Shown here: positions 1 to 13,940 of the stretch, piece after piece
Position numbering within the stretch: the first letter of the stretch is position 1
Layout: every line of letters starts with the position of its first letter
Assembly: GCA_051294375.1 (NCBI GenBank)
Contig: CM119267.1
Coordinates: forward strand, 14,563,694-14,627,693
Source: Paraspadella gotoi
Taxonomy: Eukaryota > Animalia > Chaetognatha
Direction: 5' to 3'
DNA: 64,000 bases
The notes under the pieces: model-generated
The model's database searches: none
Seen by the model: the letters and a program-made list of their open reading frames with translations, nothing else
What the model was told of the DNA's origin: nothing
Program-made: the position numbers and the translations under genes

Positions 1-45
1 AAACTACTTCTTCTTTCTCAAAAGGAAATCGAAAACAATAAAAAG

Positions 46-1065
46 TTGTTAAACATGAACCCAGTTTCAAAAGACTTGATTTGTGGGGAAATTATTTTAA
101 ATCCTAAGCAAGTTTTAGAACTGTCGAAAAAGATCTCTTTTCGTCAACAGTTTAAAGCTTACGCTCCTTGGTATGCTAATGAGTTACAAGTTGACATTCA
201 AGTTATTTATGATAATACATCAGACATCCTTGTTTTAACTCGTCACCCAAACTTAAAACTTTTCGTTATTCGATTAATGATTGAAAACGGTGTAGCTGCA
301 GAAAATGTTATTAAACGTCTAGCTTTGCTCAATTCTTTATCATTGAAAAATTTGCAAGATCGAGTTTCGAAGATTCGCATATTGGAAAAAAATAATATGC
401 TACGAAAAAATCACAATATATTTAAAAAATCGATTTGGTTAAAAGATGATCATAGTTTTAACTATTACATCCTCAAACAAACGCAGTATTTCGAAAGGAA
501 TGGTTTTCCACCCGACATCGTCGACAAAGCGAAATTTGTCGCTCACGAGTTGGGATTAAGCGAAAATTTGGTTCTGAATAGCGTACAGGAGAAGCGATCG
601 ACGGGAGTCATGATTTTTTTGCCGCGTCATAAAATAACTGGCGTTGTGCAATTGTTTCGCAACGCAGGGTTAAGTGGAGAAGAAATATTAGAACTTTCAA
701 GATGCTTTTTCTACAAGGAATCATCTCTTACGAGTGCTTTGTCGTCCGTGCAAAAAGCGTATGGAGTTACAACTTTAAATCAAAGCCATCTCTCTGACAT
801 CTGGTGTTTTCTGGTTAAAGGATCTTTTCGGACTAAAACTGGAAGACATAAGAAACCTACTAAAAAATTCGTCCTTGAATATTTAATTGGAATAGGTTTC
901 GACTATCGACTTTTGTACAATAGTTCATTACCAAACTTTCCACTCGAAAAAGTAAAAATCGCCGCGACAAATTTGAAACTCGAAACTACAAACCTTCGAG
1001 AGATGAGTTTTTTATGCCAAAAAAGACTATTGAATTTATTACATTATTACACTGAAAAACTTTGA
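46..1065 (+). CDS. Intronless ORF, possibly an mTERF-like mitochondrial protein (start uncertain; first ATG at 55)
   Basis: 339-aa ORF in AT-rich DNA with basic/Leu-rich helical segments (e.g. VQLFRNAGLSGEEI, LEYLIGIGFD) reminiscent of mTERF repeats; family call is weak. Confidence 0.4.
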   Translation: MLNMNPVSKDLICGEIILNPKQVLELSKKISFRQQFKAYAPWYANELQVDIQVIYDNTSDILVLTRHPNLKLFVIRLMIENGVAAENVIKRLALLNSLSLKNLQDRVSKIRILEKNNMLRKNHNIFKKSIWLKDDHSFNYYILKQTQYFERNGFPPDIVDKAKFVAHELGLSENLVLNSVQEKRSTGVMIFLPRHKITGVVQLFRNAGLSGEEILELSRCFFYKESSLTSALSSVQKAYGVTTLNQSHLSDIWCFLVKGSFRTKTGRHKKPTKKFVLEYLIGIGFDYRLLYNSSLPNFPLEKVKIAATNLKLETTNLREMSFLCQKRLLNLLHYYTEKL

Positions 1066-1231
1066 TGTCCATTGTTTTTTTTCTATGAAAATTATTAAAA
1101 TTATTAAAATTATTCTGATTAACGTTAAGATTGAATTGTTGATAAATCTTTATGAATCTTTTTTTTCTCTCCCAGGCTTTGAATTGTTACGTGATAACTT
1201 GGAAATAAATTATTCAGCAAAGTTGCTTTTA

Positions 1232-1973
1232 GTAGCCATAGCCTAAGTTGTAGTTCATTCAAATAGCGATGTCGCCGGCGATTCACGCACGAGTTGCAGG
1301 TGTGGTTCTAGTTGGTTGGCGACTTCGCCATGGCGATATCGCCATGGCGAAGTCGCCAACCAACTAGAACCGATGAAATTTAAATGCTAATGAATACAAC
1401 GTTAAAATAATCTATCATGAGCATAGATTATAGTATTAAAATATTTTTTGTCAAAAATTATTTTTTCGGAGGGTACTAGCCTAATTAAAAATATTATATT
1501 ACTATATAAAGCAAACAATTTTTTTTTGAAATCTTAAAATTTTTTAATGGATTCTGATAGAGCATAAAAAGTTAAACATGAAATATAATTACAGCTTTTA
1601 AAAATTCTTACGTTTTCTTAGTAAAAATTTTAAAAAACTGATAAATCATCAAAAGATGATGATTATGACGATTTTTTATGGTTTTTCTTATTTTTGACCT
1701 ACTTATCATAACAATATTTAAAAAAGAATTATACTTTGTGTAGACAACTTTTTATGAGCTATCTGAATCTGGTCTTAAAATTTAAAATTTCTAAAAAAAA
1801 ATTTTGACCTTTCCTATCTATAAATAAATATTAAAAAATTAATTACTAGGGTATAGAGCCATATAAAAAAATTTTTGTCCATTGAAAGTATACTTAAAAA
1901 TGTATAAATTTTCGTTTGAGCTTGTACTCACTCTAAATTTTTGACTCACCCCATTGAGTGCGGCTACCCCTAC
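1232..1973. repeat. AT-rich dispersed repeat (MITE-like), copy 1, with an extra segment containing a palindrome
   Basis: Near-identical to 4189-4792 and to the reverse complement of 29804-30425; ends CACCCCATTGAGTGCGGCTACCCC. Confidence 0.75.
1304..1371. repeat. Perfect 68-bp spacerless palindrome
   Basis: GGTTCTAGTTGGTTGGCGACTTCGCCATGGCGAT|ATCGCCATGGCGAAGTCGCCAACCAACTAGAACC. Confidence 0.95.
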
Positions 1974-2160
1974 TTTTAGAATATAATTTCGCACTCGAAT
2001 GATGATGGTAATAACTGAACTGTGCACATTTTATTATGGTTTATCTGATTATCTGAAAAAGCGATGACAAATTACCGATTTTTTATTGAATAGGTTTTAT
2101 TAAAAATTAGCTTTTATAATCAATTATAGTCAAAAAGAAAAAAGCTAAGGTATTTGATGT

Positions 2161-2594
2161 TTTTATCTCGCCAGAATGGCTTAATCCCTTTTGGGTGTAG
2201 ATAACCATTTAGTATCGCTTCTTTGTGTCGTCGTAGTCACGCTGTTGAAATTGAAAATAACTCGAGAGTGTAACCATTAGTCAATGAATGATTATCATCG
2301 TATCAATGAATGATTAATTGATTATCATCGCATCCATGAATGATTATCATCGTATCCATCATTTGCTTATCATCTCATCAATCATTTGGTTAACATTGCA
2401 TCAATATTTGGTTATCATCGTATTAATATTTGATTATCATCGCATCAATAATCAATTACTATTACATCAATTAATTATTATTATATCAATCAATTACTGT
2501 TACATTAATAATTAGTTATTAATATTATTATATTCAATCTATTTTTTTAAGATTTTTTATTTTCTTAAATAGTAACGTCTGGCGAGATCACTAT
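2161..2594 (+). mobile_element. Helentron/DINE-1-like non-autonomous element (HINE), family 1
   Basis: Subterminal inverted repeats ATCTCGCCAGA / TCTGGCGAGAT, internal ATGATTATCATCG(C/T)ATC tandem repeats, T-rich flanks; related copy at 13941-14874. Confidence 0.6.
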
Positions 2595-2698
2595 ACTTTT
2601 AAGATTTTTTAATGTTTATTTATTATATTTTTTTGAAAGGAACAAAAATGAGGTTCGAGGAAAGAATTAAAACGCTCGGTTAAACTAACTATTGTGCG

Positions 2699-5600
2699 AT
2701 GCCGCAGGGTTCGACAGAACGATGTGATCGGTCGGGCGTGCTGTTAGGATTTTCCGCTCCGGACTTGAGCTCGGTTTTACGATTGGTAGAGCCCAAAGAT
2801 GATGAGGGCGACGAGGATGACGGCGACCAAGAGAGATCCCGCCGCGAACAAAACGGAATATTAGAGAGACTGAGACAACTGCAAATTTGGCAAAACAAAC
2901 AGCAGTCGCTCCTTGTGGAACAGCAACGGCTGATATTGCAGAGATTGCGGGAAGAGCAACGAGGGTGCGAGAATGACGAAGTCTCCAATAATCAGGAGGA
3001 TCTAGAGAAAGGATCTTCCCTTTCATCAACATTGAAAGAGGAGCTCGAGGAGGAGGATGAAGAAGAGGAAGAAGGCCTGGCGGACGATGACGACGGAACC
3101 AGGACCGGATCGACCGAAAGCCAGGAAAGCGGAATTTCTCGAATGAATGAAGACAACCCATGCGAAGATAAAGTATTTCGACCAGATTTGACGGACATTA
3201 CCGAGGAAGGATCTGTGCTTCACGATTCGATCGTTCGGTCGCAAACGGACGCTAATGTTGGCCAGGTCGGTGTAGAATCTTTAGAACGCCATTGCGCGAC
3301 CGAATCCGTTCTTAATTCATGTTTCGAGTCGTCGGTGATTGCTGCTAAGTCACCGGGGCCGCTTTCTTTGGACGATGTGCCTATTAATTCTAAAATTGGA
3401 GAGTCTGTTCGGAATTTTGAGGAATTAGTGGAACTGCAATTGCGGCAAGATAATCATCCAAACAAAGACGTCAAAGACGGCTCCTCTTCCCTGTCTGGAA
3501 AACGCCCTTTCCTTAAAAGAGGTTAGTTCAACGATATAAATAATTGTAGGAAACATTTTTATTTGATCCGCGAGTAGATAGGCAAGTTACCTGGTCGTTT
3601 ATAATGTTTTTTTAAATATTTTTACATTTACTAAAAGGAAAGGATGTCAATGTTGTTGATGCAACATTTCATATCAATCAATCCGCACATTTAAAAATAA
3701 TCTGCAAAGAATTGTCATTTTCCACGCCCAATTTTTAAAACAAATCTGCGTTCGTAAAATTTTTTTTGGCTCCACCTAAATTTTTAGCTTCGGCCGAGTG
3801 ACTTAATTGATAATAAAAAAAAGGATTTTCTTTATCTTTTAAACCAAAAATGATTGAACGATGAGACTGGTATCATATTAAAGCCATAATTATGGGGCAT
3901 CTTTTCCATATAATTTTTCTCAAACGTTTCAAAGGATTTTTCTTTATTCTGGATCAGAATCTTAGTCAAAAGTATAACAACTTTTCAAATTAAATTAAAC
4001 GTACTTGGCCGTATTTAAAAAAATAAACAATTATAGATTCTGAAAGAGAAAAGATTGAATTATGTTTCTGACGTAAACAAAGATTTTTCTATACCTCAAA
4101 CGTTTATATAACTACTAAGGATAATAAATTATCATTTTGTTGAAAAGAAAAAATAAAATAAAATAAAAAAACATGATTTAAATATAAATAGCCATAGCCG
4201 ATGAAATTTAAATGCTAATGTATACAGCGTTAAAATAATCTATCATGACCATAGATTATGGTATTAAAATATTTTTTGTCAAAAATGCTTTCTTCTGAGG
4301 GTACTAGCCTAATTAAAAATATTATATTACTATATAGAGCAAAACATTTTTTTTTAAATCTTAAAATTTTTTGATGGATTCTGATAGAGCATAAAAAGTT
4401 AAACAAGAAATATAATTACAGCTTTTAAAAAATTCTTACGTTTTCTAAGTGAAAATATAAAAAAAATGATAAAATCATCGAAAGATGATGATGATGATTT
4501 TTACGGTTTTCTTATTTTTGACACACTTATCGTAAAATATTTAAAAAGAATTATACTTTGTGTAGACAACTTTTTATGAGCTATCTGAATCTGGTCTTAA
4601 AATTAAAAAATTCTAAAAAAAATTTTTGCCTTTCCTATCTATAAATAAATATTAAAAAATTAATTACTAGGGTATAGAGCCATATTAGAAATTTTTGTCC
4701 ATTGAAAGTATTCTTAAAAATGTCTAAATATTCTTTTGAGCATGTACTCACTCTAAATTTTTGAACTCACCCCATTGAGTGCGGCTTCCCCTAATAAAAA
4801 ATTCGGAGTTCAAACTTTGTTCCCCCAGATTTAAAAACTACTGACATAGGGCTAAAAGACAGTATTATCAGATTTTTAAATTGTGGTCATCTTCAGGTGC
4901 CAATTAAAACCTTTGTATATTGCCTATTAGCTTTATTAATATAAACAATTTTTATTAAAAAAAACACTTAAATTGTTGTTTTCATTTTTTATTATAATAC
5001 AAGGCCTTTATCGATAAAAGGGTAAATTACGAAGAAAATACAAATACAAAACATACAAATTCTAACTGTTAAGCAAAAAGTAATATTTTAAATTACAATA
5101 ATTTAGTACTATTTTTAAAGTTTACATTTGTTTGTACCACAGTATGAAGAAAACAAATTTCGGATCTCGGGCAATCCAAAGGTCCAGTGTAATTTTTTTT
5201 TCTCATTCTTAATCTACTTCGAGTTTGGAAAAATATCTTAAATTTATCAGATTTTTTTACATTCAGCTTTGCGAGTACTTAACTTTAAAAAATCATTGCT
5301 CCTAAACGGATAGCCCTATTTTAATAAAATTTATACCAAACTTATCAATAAACTCTAAATCATTTTTAAATTTTTTTAAAAAATTCAAGGAGGGTGATTT
5401 TTAAAGTCTGGAATAAAGTGGCGCGATTTTTTTGCACATGACTTTCCATAAATTTATATTTTCCCAATATTTCAGGCGAAGGACTCGAGCGATACAAAAT
5501 TAGTCGATCCCGAGCATCATCTCGCCGTCCATCAGTCTCGTCCGCGACGTCGTCGGGATATCATTCATCCTCTTCCACCAACACCGCCTCCTCTTCGACT

Positions 5601-8174
5601 TCCGTCCAACCCTCCCGTAGTCTCAATCTTCTCGAACCGACGGCCGACAAAGAAGGTTCGTTGTCAGTCGAGGGCCAAGTCCTTGCCGTTGCTCCTCGAA
5701 AGCCTGGGCCGAAAGTTCTTTTCACCAACAAGACACCAGCTCTCACCGGTTTTCACAAGTCCGTAGTAGAGAGAGACCTGCGAGACAAAGAGCTGGCCCG
5801 CGACATCGCCGAGCAGAAATCCGAAGTAAAAGTGAGAAAAGTAGCTTCCCTCTCTAAAAAATCCTCCCCATCGCTCCTTCCGCCCCTCCCGCCGCGACTG
5901 GCTATGAAACGTGAGGCGGCGCCGCGTGTTCTAGCGACATCAACGGGAGAAGTTCACGTGGCTGTAAAATCTAAACCGGGGATCGAGAATTGTCGACCGG
6001 AAAGCATTAAGGAAATTCTCGAAACGACGCTCGAGAAAAGCATCCAGAACAGACGCCAAGACAAGCAAGCCGAAGAGTCGCTGGAGATGAAAGAGATAAA
6101 AGAATTCGAATTGTTGGAACAATTGGCCGTTGCCGTTGGGGCCCAAGATCATGAGATGGTGAGAGATTTGCTGGAAAGGAGCAAGGATGGAAACAACAAT
6201 AACGGAGCCGCCAACAAACCCTTCGACGCGAATTCTTACAAAAGTACCGACGACTATCCTGACCCGGACGTCCTCGATTCGGATGCCGAGGTGTTCGGCG
6301 AAGGAACGGAATCCGCCGATGCCTCCATGATGAACGTGTTCGCAGCCGCGGAGGTTTCCGAGTCGGATAAGGATTTGACCGAAGAGACTCTTACGGTTCT
6401 CACCGGAGGCGTTCCGAGTTTATCCAAGGTCGATCTTTTAACGGAATCGAAACCCAGCACCATTCATCCTGCCTTTTTTGATGACGAACGTGTTTGGGAT
6501 CAAGACAGCTGCGACTTGGACCTATCGAGTCTGGCCGAAGACAGTCGACTCCATTTGGCGAAAAGCCAGTCCACCTCGACCCCGGCTAAAAAATCAGTTT
6601 TGACGTTTGAAGAAGGCGACCCCGACGAGACCCAGCCGAAATCAGAGACTCTGGACATCGGCGACCTGTTTCCGAAAACAGCGGCTGAAGCCATCGGCGA
6701 TCTGTTTCCGAAAATAGCGGCCGGGTCGGCCCCTGCGTCAACGTCACCTTTAACTGTCGTTGAAAAGCAAGAGGAATTTAAGATCATCGAAGGCGAACTG
6801 TCGTCGGTTGTCAAGACGAAGCTCTTGGAACTGGAACGCGAGATAGAAGAGTTCAAAATACAAAACGAATGCCTTGCAAGACTGAGGAATGAAAAGGACA
6901 GCGTCGTCGCCCGACTCAAGGAAGAGTTGAATGAATTTCAAGAGCAAAAGAAGGATGAGGCGGAACGCTTTGCCGAGTTCAAAGACGCGGAAATCAAGCG
7001 GCTGCGAAAGGATAGGAAGAGCTTCGAGGAGATGCAAAGGATAACGAAGGAAAAAGTGGGAAAGAGAGATAACGAAGAAATAAAGAATCTGAAAACGCAT
7101 GTGGGAGATCTGCAAGAGGAACTGCAGAAACGGAGCGCGAGGTGGGCCGCCGCTTCCACCAGATTACGAGAGCGAATTACGGTACTATCGACGGAGAATG
7201 AAGAGTTGAAGAAGGAAATCGTCACGTTAAAAGACAAGGCCAAGAAGGATTTGCTCAAGAGGCACACTGCTGAAAAATTGACTCCTGCCATTACTGCCGA
7301 CTTTAATAACGACACCAAGTCTATTTCAAGAAACGACTTGTCGAGAGCGTTCTCTTCTTCGAACGTTCGAAAGATCGCGGCAGTGGAAGTATCGGCCGTT
7401 GCCAAGCAACACGCTTCTATCCGCGCCAAAGCGTCGTCGAATCATGAGGAAAATCGTCGGGGATTAAAGCAGGAGGTCAAAACAGCTCAGGCGCCCGCGA
7501 GGCAACTTTCTCCACTGCGGGAAGAGACAGAATCAGTCACGCAACTAGCTTCTATGGATGCGACTATGACCGACAATGCAAGACGTCTTTCAACGTCGTC
7601 GGCCGCGGCCAATCTTGACGCCCCGATCGAGAAAGTGCACGACGATGGATCCAAAACCATCGCGTACAGAAACGGGACTCGAAAAACTATTTCTCCCGAC
7701 GGCGCCACCTTCGATTGTCACTTTTTCAACGGCGACCGAAAGACCGTCTCATCGGATGGAAAAACGGTCTACTTTTACGCGGCCACCGAAACCACCCACA
7801 CCACCTTCCCCGACGGAACGGAGTCGCTAGAGTTCGCTAACGGGCAGACAGAAATATCCAGACTTGACGGAACCAAGGAAGTGAGATTCCTCGACGGCAC
7901 AGTCAAGAAACTCCACCCATCTGGAAACGAAGACTCCATCTTTCCCGACGGAACCGTGATCCACGTCGACGCCGAAGGTAGGAAGGTCATTTACTTTCCA
8001 AACGGACAAAAAGAAATCCATGAAGCAGGCCGGAAGAGCCGGTCCTATCCGGACGGGACGGTGAAGACGGTTTTCGACGACGGAACGCAGGAGACCAAGT
8101 ACCCGTCGGGAAGGCGACGTCTTAAGGACAAGGACGGTAACGTCGTTATGGACACAAATGCGCAAGGATGTTGA
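2699..8174 (+). CDS. CENPJ: Centromere protein J / SAS-4 / CPAP (exons approx. 2699-3521, 5477-8174)
   Basis: PN2-3-like KRPFLKRG|EGLERY across a GT-AG intron, central coiled coil, C-terminal TCP10/G-box repeats (FPDGT, YFPNGQKEIH, YPDGTVKTV). Confidence 0.9.
4189..4792. repeat. AT-rich dispersed repeat, copy 2 (CENPJ intron)
   Basis: Similarity to 1372-1971. Confidence 0.75.
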
Positions 8175-8782
8175 TGTTTATTTTCATACTTTTCACATTA
8201 GCGACATCGCGGCAATAAGGTAAATCGTTATTATATTTTGATCTGTTCCTTAAATGGATTGTTTTTTTGTTCATTTTTTTTCGTCATTTTTTTTATCTTT
8301 GAAAATTTTCTTTTTATTGGACTCATTTAAAAGCTTTGCCAGTAGTTATTATGCTTAAGTAGTAATGCACGACCGAAAAAATGTAAATTTTAGGCCTCAG
8401 GTCCTAATACTTAATATTTTTTCTTTATTCTTGTTATTACATACATTACATTAATTACATTACATTACATCTATATATGTTTTTACTCTACCTACAATAT
8501 TATTTGTTATTTTTACTATATCGGTTGAACTTTTGACTCGTTGAAAATTTATTTGTTAATGGTTGAACTTATTAAATTGTTAATACTTAATTTTTTTGTT
8601 AAAAAGACTGAAGAAATTATCCAACATTTTTAGTTGGATATTTACGAGTTTGAAATTAAAAAAATAAAATTTTAAAAACGTGGATTACAGGGAGTCTTAT
8701 TGTTTTAAAATACTTTATAATATAATGTTCTTTATATTTTTCTCCTCTGAAATGGGTTATTAATTTTTAGATATTTTGCGAA

Positions 8783-11002
8783 ATGGCCACGTTTGATGAA
8801 TTGTCGAGTGTTCTTCACCAACTTCATTTCGACCGTGACTCCGCTGCACGAGAAGCGAAACAAACACTTTCCATTAAATCCTCGACTGCGGATGTAATAA
8901 GGAGCCAGTTGTTCCAGAATAGAATCGCTGGGAGCAGTGCCCCATCTCCATGTTTGGAGTTCGACGATTTGTTCTTGTCATCCTATTATTCTGATCTCGT
9001 AGACAACTCTCCGGGATCAATGGAGCCAGGAAATTTGGACAACTATTCCGGCCTCGCGCTGCAGGGCAACCCAAAACGTCCGTGGGTTGATCGCTGGACA
9101 TCTGGAATAGAGGACGCACAGATTGGGAATTTTGCCGATTCCAAGTTAGGGCGTAGGTGGAACTTCGCAAAAAATATGTTGAGAGAATTTTCGGATAAGA
9201 GTCGTTCTTCAAAGAAAGGCTTAAAACAGGAATCGATCTCACGTTTTCTTTGCCATGAAAATACATCTTGGCGGCAAAAGAAAGAAAGAAATTTAATTAG
9301 CGAAAACGTGGAAAATATCCTTCCAAAAACAAAGGGCTCGGGGAATCCTTTAAGGGCGGACATTTCCCAGACGTCTGAGGAGGTTACATTTGACAGTCAC
9401 CCCGCCAAACGTCGCCGTGGGACGTCTCCGTCAAGAGAAACTAGATTCCATCTTACTTCATCTTCATCCGCTTTGGAGTTAAAAAAAAACTTTGGTAAAG
9501 AGAGGGTTTCCGCAGAGCCTAAAAAAAAAGGAGATATTTTTGTAGAAAACTCGTTTTCGAAAGCTGGGTTCGTTAAAAACAATCGCATGGTTGGGTCGAA
9601 TGGGAAGAATGGGAAGAGAATTGAAGCCGAAAGCCAGGTCAACACTGAGACGAATGAGTCGAAAACTGATCCATATTTTCGAACTGCTCGGGAGCATTTA
9701 GCTCTCCAGACGGACAAGTTGCACAAAAAAAAGGACAATTTCAATCGTCACCATTTTAACTCAAACATATCTTCCCTTTACGGAAATTCTCGCAAAACTT
9801 TAGGCGGAAAGGGAGTCGGCGCCGGTGTTTACTCGCGATTCAAACCACCCGTTCGGAGCGAGGTCGAAGAAAGGGAAGAGGACGAGTCGAGAGTGAGTCG
9901 TCGGTATAATGAGAATCACCACCGCAGCTCAGTAAACTTTTTTTCCCACACGGTAAAATCTGAAAGGCTTGAAGATGATGACGTCTCGATGCGTCGAATT
10001 TCCTCTCGTGTATTGGGTCCTCAAAGAACCAGCGCTCCACCTCGAGTGGAGTACAGCGGTTCCCCCGGACTCGAAGACGATCTTGTCGATGAGCGACTTC
10101 GCGGTCTCGATCCTAAGTTGATCGAGAGCATCGAGAGCGAAATCATGGACAGCGGAAACGCTGTTCAGTGGGAAGACATCGCCGGTCTTGACCACGCCAA
10201 GAACACTTTGAAGGAAGTCGTTGTCTGGCCCATGCTTCGGCCTGACATTTTTACCGGTCTCCGAGCCCCACCACGCGGTTTGTTGCTGTTCGGTCCTCCT
10301 GGGACTGGAAAGACTATGATCGGGAAGTGCATCGCCTGCCAGTCCAACTCGACGTTTTTCTCCATATCCGCCTCTTCGCTAACTTCAAAATGGATCGGCG
10401 AAGGCGAGAAGTTGGTGCGCACCCTTTTTGCCGTCGCGCGCGTCAAGAGTCCGGCTGTGATTTTTGTGGACGAGATTGACTCTTTGCTTTCCCAGCGTTG
10501 TGAGACGGAGCATGAGGCTTCGAGGCGAATGAAGACGCAGTTTCTCATCGAATTAGACGGCGCGGCCTGCGGCGCCGATGACGATCGACTCCTTCTGATC
10601 GGCGCAACTAATCGGCCGCAAGAACTGGACGAAGCGGCCAGGAGGCGCCTTGTTAAGCGGTTGCTCATTCCGCTTCCCGACGCAGTAGCACGGAAACAGA
10701 TCGTCGTGAATCTTTTGCGTGCCCAGCGTCACTCCTTGACGGATGAGGATTTGGCTAAGATCGCCTTGAAGACGGATAGATACTCTGGGTCGGACATGGC
10801 TCACCTCTGCAGGGATGCAAGCATGGGTCCTATTAGGGATCTTAAAGACATAATGAATATCGATTCGAGTGACGTTAGACCAATAAACTTTGACGACTTC
10901 TCCGAGTCGTTGTCCCAAGTCAGAGCCAGCGTGAGTGACAAAGAATTGGAAAGTTACGAAGAGTGGAATAAGCTATATGGAAGTTTTCAGGCTTCGAAAT
11001 AA
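8783..11002 (+). CDS. FIGNL1: Fidgetin-like 1 AAA ATPase
   Basis: Walker A GPPGTGKT, Walker [38 protein letters not shown] motif, Vps4-like C-terminus; intronless. Confidence 0.92.
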   Translation: MATFDELSSVLHQLHFDRDSAAREAKQTLSIKSSTADVIRSQLFQNRIAGSSAPSPCLEFDDLFLSSYYSDLVDNSPGSMEPGNLDNYSGLALQGNPKRPWVDRWTSGIEDAQIGNFADSKLGRRWNFAKNMLREFSDKSRSSKKGLKQESISRFLCHENTSWRQKKERNLISENVENILPKTKGSGNPLRADISQTSEEVTFDSHPAKRRRGTSPSRETRFHLTSSSSALELKKNFGKERVSAEPKKKGDIFVENSFSKAGFVKNNRMVGSNGKNGKRIEAESQVNTETNESKTDPYFRTAREHLALQTDKLHKKKDNFNRHHFNSNISSLYGNSRKTLGGKGVGAGVYSRFKPPVRSEVEEREEDESRVSRRYNENHHRSSVNFFSHTVKSERLEDDDVSMRRISSRVLGPQRTSAPPRVEYSGSPGLEDDLVDERLRGLDPKLIESIESEIMDSGNAVQWEDIAGLDHAKNTLKEVVVWPMLRPDIFTGLRAPPRGLLLFGPPGTGKTMIGKCIACQSNSTFFSISASSLTSKWIGEGEKLVRTLFAVARVKSPAVIFVDEIDSLLSQRCETEHEASRRMKTQFLIELDGAACGADDDRLLLIGATNRPQELDEAARRRLVKRLLIPLPDAVARKQIVVNLLRAQRHSLTDEDLAKIALKTDRYSGSDMAHLCRDASMGPIRDLKDIMNIDSSDVRPINFDDFSESLSQVRASVSDKELESYEEWNKLYGSFQASK

Positions 11003-11074
11003 CCAATAAATAATATTGATTTTATTCGAATTAATTTGTTTTCCCTTTTTATCAGAACCTTTTTTAAAAACGAA

Positions 11075-11811
11075 ATGGCGACTCTGAGAGCGTGTTTATC
11101 GGTTAGTTCGCGCGTTTTCGGACTAAATGTTGTTCTCGCTTCCCCGAAAGCTGCTGGCGTGGTGGCAGGTGCGGCGAATGGCGCACGTCTTAAATCCGGA
11201 CCTCCTGCTATTTCCAAGCCTCCATTGCCGCCGAAACAAGCGGAAAAAGACAAAGAGATGAGGGAAAAGTTTGGTCTTCTTTCGCATGACGATATGATCA
11301 AAGATAACACAGACGTTGCATCTCTGTCCCTTGACATTCACACTGCCAAATGTTGGGACGAAGACGATTTAAGAAACACCCGATTCATCGATGGCAAAAA
11401 ATTCGTCGTTCCCAAGTGCGTATTTTAAAGGGTATAAAAGAGATTCGTCATATACTAGAATTTGGATAACGAATTATCTAGTTTCAGGGGTGAATTGCTA
11501 CTCTCTCCTTTTGTGCAGTTCTCTCGATCTTTCGTTATGTTATGGTTAATGAGTGAGACGGAGAGAGGAGAGCGGGAAAATTTACCTTCTACTGAAATTT
11601 ATGACATAATCATGCTCTTCTTAGGTCCCGTCACGCCATAGAGCTGATTGCAGAGGTTCCCCCTATCGCCTGCAAATCGCGAGTTGTCGCCTGCGACGGC
11701 GGCGACGGGCCGCTCGGCCACCCAAAAGTCTTTATTAATTTAGACAAACCCGGAAACCACGATTGCGGTTATTGCGGGTTGAGGTTCTATCTCGATCACG
11801 GGGGATGTTGA
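11075..11811 (+). CDS. NDUFS6: Complex I 13-kDa Zn-finger subunit (2 exons)
   Basis: Spliced product has [35 protein letters not shown]. Confidence 0.92.
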
Positions 11812-12223
11812 CGAGCCATTATAAAACTATTGCACAAGGCATTGTTTATGGGCTATTTATATAAGATGTTTGGATCGATTGATTATTTTTTCTTTTTAAT
11901 AGTAATATAACCATTATGTAATTATTTTTAAACATTCTAATGTCATGTTTTGCTGTCTCTACAGCGAATGTCGTGAAATGACTTCGAAAGGGTTGACTTT
12001 GCTGTGATCCAGACTTCGGCACTCGGCTTTTAAGTTTAAACTCGTTATTTCTCCAAAGGAGATGCAACAAAAAATTTCCACGCTCACATTAGTTCGTCCA
12101 AAGTACAAAATGAACACATACTATTTAACTGATATTGAATACAGATTAGTTATATTTATCATTTTTTATATTTATACACCGGCTTCAATTTTTTAACAGA
12201 TAGGAAAGTTTTACTGTTTCGCG

Positions 12224-13865
12224 ATGACTATCGAAAAACTTCGCGGTCGTATTCGTCGAGGTAGGCAAACTGTCGGCAGGACAACCATCTTGAATCGCGA
12301 CAAATCCTTCCTTGAAAAGCAAAACTTTCCTGCTCGCGGCGAGAATGCCGAGGCGCCGTCGAGTTCTGGCGACGAAGCCAGCGACAATTCCATCACCGAA
12401 GCCACGAATCTTGAAGCCGAAGATTCGACCGAAGACAGCGAACGCCGACGTCTGACCAGCCCCGAGTCCAACGCTAACGAACCCGTCGTCGATCGCGTTC
12501 GTAGCGATGACGACGATGACGATAACGTCGGCGACTTCTACGACGACGTTTCCAAACCGCCGTTGTTGGGCTCCTCAGTCGAGGCTACCGCCCCGCCGTT
12601 AACGGCTTTCGGCGAGGATTTACAATCTAGAGTCACATGGACCCTGCTGCCGTGTCTCCCGTCCGCTCTCGTCCCGTCCCCAAAAAGTCGACGTCAGACG
12701 CATCCCCGTTCGCCTTCGCACGTCCGTCCGCGGCGCAGCTTCGACGAGGTCGTCGAAGACGATGATCTCAAAAACCCTCCCTCCGATGCCTTACCTCGTT
12801 CTTTGGCTCAACGACGAAACCAACAAGAAAAGAACGCGTCCTTATGTAAACCTGCGAAGAAACGTTATTTGAAAAAAGTCGGGCGCCACGCCTCCCGCTA
12901 CCTTTTTTTCGTTTTTAACGTTCTCCTCCTCTTGGCCGGGGGAACCATGGCCGCGGGCGCCTCGTGGGGCCGAAATTACGGCGCCGAGTTCTTCGACCAG
13001 GAGCGTCACGTCAGCGTGTTGGTTGCTAAGGTGGAAAATATTATCGGCTACTGCGTCACTTTCGGGTCCTGCCTCTTCGCCGTCGGTCTTTTCGGGTGTT
13101 TCTCAGGTATGGACGAGAGATGACAAGAAAAAAGAAAAAAATATAGTGAAGTGGCGATAAATACTTAGTGCGCCTGCAGACTAAAACAAAATATACCGAT
13201 AATCGATCACCTCAGGTTGTTGCCGCGACCGTTGCTGCTATCTCCTCTACGTGATATTTTTGGTCGTCTTCATCGTCGTTCAACTGGTCTTCTTCGTCAA
13301 GATCGTTAGCAACGGGGCTTCACACTGGGAGAACTTCCGCGTCCTTTTCACTAAAACCCTGCACAGCAAATACCGCGGCGCCTACCCAAGCGGCGAGCAC
13401 AAAAACGTCTACTCGTTTGTTTTCGACGCCCTCAACATGGCGTTGCGTTGCTGCGGCATCAACAACGTCACCGATTACGATAAGACGAGCGGCGAATGGA
13501 AGGTTAACAAGCTGCAAGAGATCGGCTTCGACTTTTCTCTACCGCCCACTTGTTGCAAGTACAACATCAGCAGCGACTTTCAAAAGTTCACCGTCAAAAA
13601 AGCCCGATGCCTTTTCGAGGCAAACAGAGACAACAGTTGGATGCACAAAGGGTGCTACCAGCGCATCTCAGACCTGGTCGCCGACTACCAGGGCGTCATC
13701 TGCTTCGTCCTTTTCCTGTTCGTGGCGATCGAGGGCGCCTCGGTCGGCCTCGCCGTCGCGGAGACGTTGAGGATCATGCGGAAGGAGAGGATGTCGGAAG
13801 AAGAAGAGATTCACGAGGCGGAGGAAGAAGAGCCGCCCGTTCAGGTCGGCGAAGCAGAGATGTAG
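12224..13865 (+). CDS. Tetraspanin with a long acidic N-terminal extension (2 exons)
   Basis: Four hydrophobic segments, GLFGCFSG, CCG, PPTCC and GC motifs in the large extracellular loop. Confidence 0.85.
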
Positions 13866-13940
13866 CTTTAGTAGAACTGCAGATTTGCAGAAACTCTCCA
13901 TAACATAAGTGTTCATAGTCGCAAATGAAGTTTCCTTGAT

